Part shown: positions 57,976 through 64,000 of the stretch, in pieces | Layout: every line of letters begins with the position of its first letter | Numbering within the stretch: position 1 is the stretch's first letter | DNA from: Macrostomum lignano | Lineage: Eukaryota | Length of the DNA stretch: 64,000 bases | Assembly: GCA_002269645.1 (NCBI GenBank) | Contig: NIVC01001281.1 | Coordinates: 231,302-295,301 of the forward strand | Reading direction: 5' to 3' | The notes under the pieces: generated by a model | The model's input: the letters and a program-made list of their open reading frames with translations, nothing else | Told to the model about the DNA's origin: nothing | The model's database searches: none | Position numbers and translations under genes: made by a program

Positions 57976-58814
57976 TGTCTTTGCCTCCCTCTACCCCTCT
58001 CGCTCTCCCCTCTCTCCTTCTCTGTCCCCAATGCATCCCCCAGACTCTATCAGCTCCATCCTGTCCAGCTGCGGCTCTCCAGCTCCCTGAGTCAGCTTTT
58101 CTCGCCCACCGTGAGCTTCCGCATTGTCTCTCTGGCTTCCTCGTCTCCCTGCCCCACTCGCCTCCCCGGACACAGAATCTGCAGTCGCCATCCAAAGCAG
58201 ATTTGTCACACTGCATCACTCTGACCAGATCCCTCAATTCACCCCCTCACCCGATGAAGTCCCAGCCGAGAGCTCCCATAATTGAAGCTGCTCCGATCAA
58301 TCTGTGTGGGATTTGGGAACCCTGGCCAGTCCCCACCCGGACTCGAGCCGTGGTTGCTGAATTTGCTCCATTCTAAACAGCAAGATCTGCCGTTGGTCTG
58401 TTTGCCTGCATCTTGAGCAGTGTAGCAAAAGCATGAAAATTCAGCATTGTAAATTCTGTGCGCCAGTTTAATACAGAAGATATTCAGATTTTGTTATATA
58501 GATTTGTCCCACTTGCAAGCACTCGGCACTGGTTGTCAAGCACACAGCTGCACTCTCGGGCTGAGTGGGCCAACAGCTGCGTGAGTGACTAGTGAGCCAC
58601 CGGAGGGTCAAGTGGGAAAGGCGGAGTCGCTCCTCCCACAGCCCACCGCCCCGGAGCCGCATTATTTGGCTGTCATGCAATTCGCGTTGGACTCTTAGAC
58701 TCCTGTGACTGCATAACTGTTCTCCAGCGGCAGGGAGAGCTGTGGCCTCAGCAGATCCACCCAGGCCGACTCAGCTGTTAGATAGTCCTGAATTGTGTGG
58801 ATGCTCGGTGATGT

Positions 58815-59198
<384 letters not shown>

Positions 59199-59531
59199 AT
59201 TCAGGCACAGCCAGTTTGATGGGATCAGCTCTTACGCAGCTGGCACGCTATCATTTTCCCGATTTCAGAATCCAATTTCACTGTCGGCTGTTCATTGCCC
59301 CCCGCTCAGCGAGTCCTGATGCCCGGGGATTAGGGGTCCGGACAGCCAATCGGAGGGGACCAGGCCGACCCCCGCCGAGCAGCTTCAGATTATCTAAGCA
59401 GCTTCCAGTCCGGCCAGGCGGGAGATGCCGACAGCTCCCTGACAGATCCCAGCACCCAAATCCCATCTTTTCTAACGGTAATTTATCATCGCCGAGGCTG
59501 AGAGCAGTCCGGAAGATCGAAATCTGCCACC

Positions 59532-59845
59532 ATGGCCGCCGCAGCCAGGGATTTGAGCGGCTATGCGATTCTACTGGCGCAGGACTTGAGCACAGACCGT
59601 TGCCGTCTCCTGGGTGAGTCTTCTCAGCTCACTTGTGCTGCCTCGCGTTATGCCAGCTTGCGCTTCTTCTGTCAGTAACGATTTGTTATAACATTATAAA
59701 TGTTGCACTGAATTCTCCTATCACAGGCCTCAGCTGCGACTATACCGAAGATTGCTTCGATGAAGTATTTGCGATCAACGACATCCCCCTGTCTGACATT
59801 GTCGGGTGCTCCGACGATGACGAGCGAATGTTTCTGATTGAAATG
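59532..59845 (+). CDS. Unknown protein: two phase-compatible 5' exons, 3' end unresolved
   Basis: GCCACCATGG start; exons 59532-59613 (G|GTGAG) and 59727-59845 (ATG|GTGAG) give MAAAARDLSGYAILLAQDLSTDRCRLLGLSCDYTEDCFDEVFAINDIPLSDIVGCSDDDERMFLIEM. No family recognised. Confidence 0.45.
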
Positions 59846-62144
59846 GTGAGACACACTGTGTGGCATCATCATTTGATTGTTTTTCAATAACAGTTTTCGG
59901 AATTACTATAGCTTCATGTATAGCTCGTATTTATTTTTAATTTTCATGTTCATTTAAACGAGTAACGATAGTTTAATAAAAAAATAACGAGACTTAGCTT
60001 TCACTCTATATATCATTTTGATGGGCAAAACCAGCAGAGCTTATTTTTAAGTCTACAGTAACAAACAGCTACTTTTATAAAACAAAAAGCGCATTTTTTG
60101 CAAAAGAATAAATTGCAAAATGCAAAAACCACGAATTTAATAAAGTTTGTTAAGCTACAATATTTAGAATATTTAAAAATTAGAACCGACTAAGAAATCG
60201 GAAGTTTCGGCCTCTTCTAAAGCACGTTTTTTGAGTTTAATGATTTTATAAAACAATAATTTTCGTTTCAATTCGACTCAAAGTATGCTTTACAGGTAAG
60301 CTTTTTAAATATCAAGTTTTTTCTTCAAAAAATGACTACCACAGTCAAACTAACTGTAGTATACTGCCACAGTTGAATAGTTATTTCTATAAATTCCAAC
60401 TAAATTCAAATCATTTCAATTGGAATTGGCTGCAAAATTGGTCTAGTTTTAAAACCATGTTATCATAAAGCTTAAGACAGTTTTTTGATTCAGTAGATTT
60501 TTTGAATTTCCTGTTTTGATTTCACAGTTAGGTAAAAAATAGATTTTACAATGTTAAAAATATCTAGGCTACTTATTATTTTTTAATTAAGCTAATAACA
60601 GGCAAATGTTCAGGCATGGCATGGGATAGGTCAAAATGGAATTTGTAGGCCATATTTTATTCTATAGTTTTAATTTGTAAATTAAGAGTTTTGATTATGG
60701 GTATAGAAGATGCTTGCTTTTTTCAATTAGAGTCCTTTTATAATATAGGCCTATTATGTCTTAAGTTATCTATTGACTAATAAAATATATAGACTGTAGC
60801 TTGGGCTTTAAATTCATAAATTTCTCAATATATAAAATTTATTTAGTTATCAATTATCAAGCATTGTATATAACTCACTAAAGTTTTGATACATTAAGTT
60901 CTAAACACTAAATTCTAAGGCCTTTTAGCTTATTACTAATAATATATATAGTCATTTTATTTAGTCAAGCCTATATAACTATGTAACTTTTAGCTAGTAG
61001 CAGTTGCTTTGAGTTCAAATGCAAGTTTTATTGAAAAATTTAAACTCAAGAATTTTTGAATTTTTCTACTCAGTAATAATGCTCCATCTGCTCTACTATA
61101 TAAGTAGTAACAGCGAATATGATCTATAGTGCTCAAATATTGACTTAGAAAAAATAGCTATGTCAAGAATGCAATTTATCCCAAGCCTGGCTCATTGCTG
61201 GCAGCAGGCTTTTAATGTCAGCTGCGAAATAAGGCCTGTCAATTCACTGTAAAGGGTCGGTAACTCAGAGTAACGAATTTCTATGAGATACATGTGTTTC
61301 ACCGCTTAGGAACTCGCCAATCTTCGCTACAGAGTCAGGTCGGGGCCCGATAGCCCCCCCCCCATCTCGCATTCGCCGTATCGCCTCGGCTCCGCCCGCA
61401 GACCCGCCCTTTTTCGGGGCTTTGCAGAATACTCGAATGCCGCGTGTAGCCACCCCCTGCTTCACCTACTCTCTTTCGAGCTTGAAACGCGGTCAAAGGC
61501 TCGATTAAAGCTCTAAAGCTTTGTAGGGAGTTGAGGTGGCGAAGGCCGGCTCGGCTCGACACGGTGCCTGAGTGAAGTTTCCGCCCGAGCGAGAAGAGAA
61601 TTCGAAGTGGCCTCGGCCAGCAGGGCCGACCTGCCTGCCCCCCCCCTGCCCGCCACCCCCGCCGCGAGTGCGCGAGGGGCAGCCGCAGCTCCGCCAACCC
61701 GCCTCTTCTTTTTACTTTCTTTACCCCCCCCTTCTGCCGATTTTGCAGCCCACCTGCGGTCTGCGCTGGCGCAACCTCCCTCCCTCCCGCTCACTCCCGC
61801 ATGCCTGCTTGGGCTATAAGAGTCTCCGGAATAAAGCGACTTCGCCATTGCTGCATGCCGTGCAAAACTACAGAGTGTGCCTGTGTGCTCTCCAATGTTC
61901 TCGATAGAGCCAGTGACCAAGGCGGCTTATCTCTTTGCCTAAATCTCGGCGAATCTCACTATATTTTTATTGTAGCCTATTCTAGAAACTTGCGTAAGTT
62001 TGCCCCATACTCGTTGTTCAGATCGCTGAGCGCTATGGGAGCCCGATTAATTTCCCGTTGAGCATTCTCCCCCCCGCCATGAATATCTCCTAACGAGAGC
62101 TGATAAGCAGCTAGTTGCAGCTGGCTTCCAGTAGCCCCCTCTGT

Positions 62145-62478
62145 AGCTGGCGCCCCTTCTGTAGCTGGCGCCCCCTCTGTAGCTGGCGCCCCTTCTGCTA
62201 GCTGGCGCCCCTTCTGCTAGCTGGCGCCCCCTCTGTAGCTGGCGCCCTTCTGCTAGCTGGCGCCCCTTCTGCTAGCTGGCGCCCCTTCCTTCTGCTAGCT
62301 GGCGCCCCTTCTGTAGCTGGCGCCCCCTCTGTAGTTGGCGCCCCCTCTGTAGCTGGCGCCCCTTCTGCTAGCTGGCGCCCCTTCTGCTAGCTGGCGCCTC
62401 TTCTGCTAGCTGGCGCCTCTTCTGCTAGCTGGCGCCTCTTCTGCTAGCTGGCGCCCCCTCTGTAGCTGGCGCCCCCTT
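62145..62478. repeat. 20-21-bp repeat ending at the MAGUK acceptor
   Basis: TAGCTGGCGCCCCTTCTG(C) variants. Confidence 0.9.
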
Positions 62479-62820
62479 TGGATCCGCAGGCCCAATACAT
62501 TCGGATCCGCATTCCAACTTGCCGCCCCGCAGTCCGTCCGCGCACACGGCGGCCTCTCCCTAGACGTCCGCAAGCGCCAGCTGCCGCCCGGACGGCTGCG
62601 AGTGTCCCGCGCCTGCTATGTGGCCGTGGACGCCGGCAGCGCCAGCACTCTAGTTCGGCGACTCGGCGACGCTCCGCTCACCTGCCTGCTCGACTTGGCG
62701 GCCCCGCAGCCGCACAAGCAGCGGGAAAAGCAGCAGCTGACGGCTCCTCGCGTGCCCAGAGACGTCACACAGGAGTCTTTCCTCTGCCTGTCTCCCTCCC
62801 CATCCAGCCAAGCCGTTGCC

Positions 62821-63699
62821 ATGGAGATGCAGCTCGTCAGCGGCGGCGGCGGCGCCAACGGCAGCGTCGACACGCGCAGCCTGGCGGCGGAGATCCAGCG
62901 CAGCCAGGCCGCCAAGAAGCAGCGCTATGATGAAGAAGAGATGCTGCGCCGATCGCTGCGCGAGTCCGAGCGACTCCGCCGCCTTAAGCGGGGCGCCGCC
63001 GCGGCCGCCGCCGGCTCCGTAATTGGCGAGGAGAACGTCGGCTTTGAGCCCGGCGACGACTCCGGCAACTCCGCCACCGCCTCCGCCGTTCCCGCATCGG
63101 CCGAGGTGGCGCAGCCTCCTGTCAGCGCCGAAGAGGTTCGTGACCTCCTCCAGCAGCTCCGCGATGAGGGCGTCGACTTCGGCGAGGACAGCGGCGACGG
63201 CGCCTGTCTGGCCGCCCTCGCCGACTCCCCCCGCTTTGATGCGGTGCTCCGCTTGGCGGCGTTGGCGGCCCGCGGCCGCTCCGCCTCGGCATGTGGGCCT
63301 GCCGGCCCAGACGCCGTCGGGGTCGCCGCGGCCGCCGACGCCGAAGCCGCCGGTGTCGTAGGCGCCTCGCCGTCGAGACAGACGGCGCAGTGGGCGGCCG
63401 AGTTTCGTCGCCTGCTGTCCGGGCCGCACCTGCGGGCGCTGCTGCAGGCGCACGACCTCGCGGCCGCCGCTCTGAGGCCGCCTGCCGCTTCCGCCACGAA
63501 GAACCAGAAAAAGTCCCGTCAGGCGGCTCCTCCTCCTCCTTCCCAGCCTCCCAGTCAGCCTCATCAGCAGCCTCAGGCACCGCGCGCCGCCAGTCCCGAG
63601 ACGCCGCAGCCGCAGTTCAACTGCTTCGATGAGGTCATCGTTGAGGATGGCGTCCAGTTCAAGCGGGTCGTCCTGTTCAAGGATGGCGACCGGCCGCTG
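62821..63699 (+). CDS. MAGUK p55 family scaffold, MPP5/PALS1/Stardust-like; 5' part only (L27 domains and start of PDZ)
   Basis: Open frame from ATG 62821 to donor CTG|GTGAGT at 63699. L27N-like EEVRDLLQQL...SPRFDAVLRL, L27C LLSGPHLRALLQAHD, PDZ start KRVVLFKDGDRPL. The frame is also open upstream to the acceptor at 62489. Confidence 0.78.
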
Positions 63700-63734
63700 G
63701 TGAGTGCCTGCGGGTGCGGCTGCCTTACTGAGGC

Positions 63735-64000
63735 GGTTGCCCTATCTGAGGGTCAGGGAGGGGATGGAGCTGCCCTACCTGAGGGTCAGGGAGGGGGAGG
63801 GGCTGCCCTACCTGAGGGTCAAGGAAGGGAAGGGGTTGCCCTACCTGAGGGTCAGGGAGGGGATGGAGCTGCCCTACCTGAGGGTCAGGGAGGGGATGGA
63901 GCTGCCCTACCTGAAGGTCAGGGAGGGGATGGAGCTGCCCTACCTGGGAGTCAGGGAGGGGATGGAGCTGCCCTACCTGGGAGTCAGGGAGGATGGAGCT
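63735..64000. repeat. 33-bp G-rich repeat (MAGUK intron)
   Basis: GCTGCCCTACCTGAGGGTCAGGGAGGGGATGGA tandem. Confidence 0.88.

Noticed and set aside
56756-58376. GC/purine-rich ORFs of 70-130 aa
   Set aside because: No recognisable domain or consistent exon chain.
62650-63580. Several long minus-strand and alternate-frame ORFs
   Set aside because: Shadows of the GC-rich MAGUK exon; the same applies to antisense ORFs over XRN1, LIG3, PIR and the SDR.

Overview
Eukaryotic, intron-rich genomic DNA. GC-rich exons sit among introns and intergenic spacers that are largely filled by locus-specific minisatellites. This architecture, plus starts that look trans-spliced, suggests a flatworm such as Macrostomum (inference). 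Genes reconstructed exon by exon: XRN1 (-, 10 exons, 3' end outside the window); TMEM19 and LIG3 (+); a CYP2-like P450 (-, one frameshift); a compact + strand cluster PIR, GNPNAT1, DTD2 and an RDH-type SDR; a head-to-head pair of tiny secreted cystine-knot (conotoxin-framework) peptide genes; a possible third small secreted peptide; an unknown 2-exon ORF; and the 5' part of an MPP5/PALS1-like MAGUK. Mobile DNA comprises two dead mariners and three MITEs with 8-bp target-site duplications (TSDs). Top observation: DTD2 contains no in-frame ATG at all, and GNPNAT1 has none before its conserved N-terminus. Both ORFs begin in phase 0 right after a splice acceptor, as expected if an operon is resolved by a flatworm spliced leader (SL) whose 3'-terminal AUG supplies the start codon. 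The second highlight is the divergent knottin pair. All calls come from manual reading and recalled family motifs; no database search was run.
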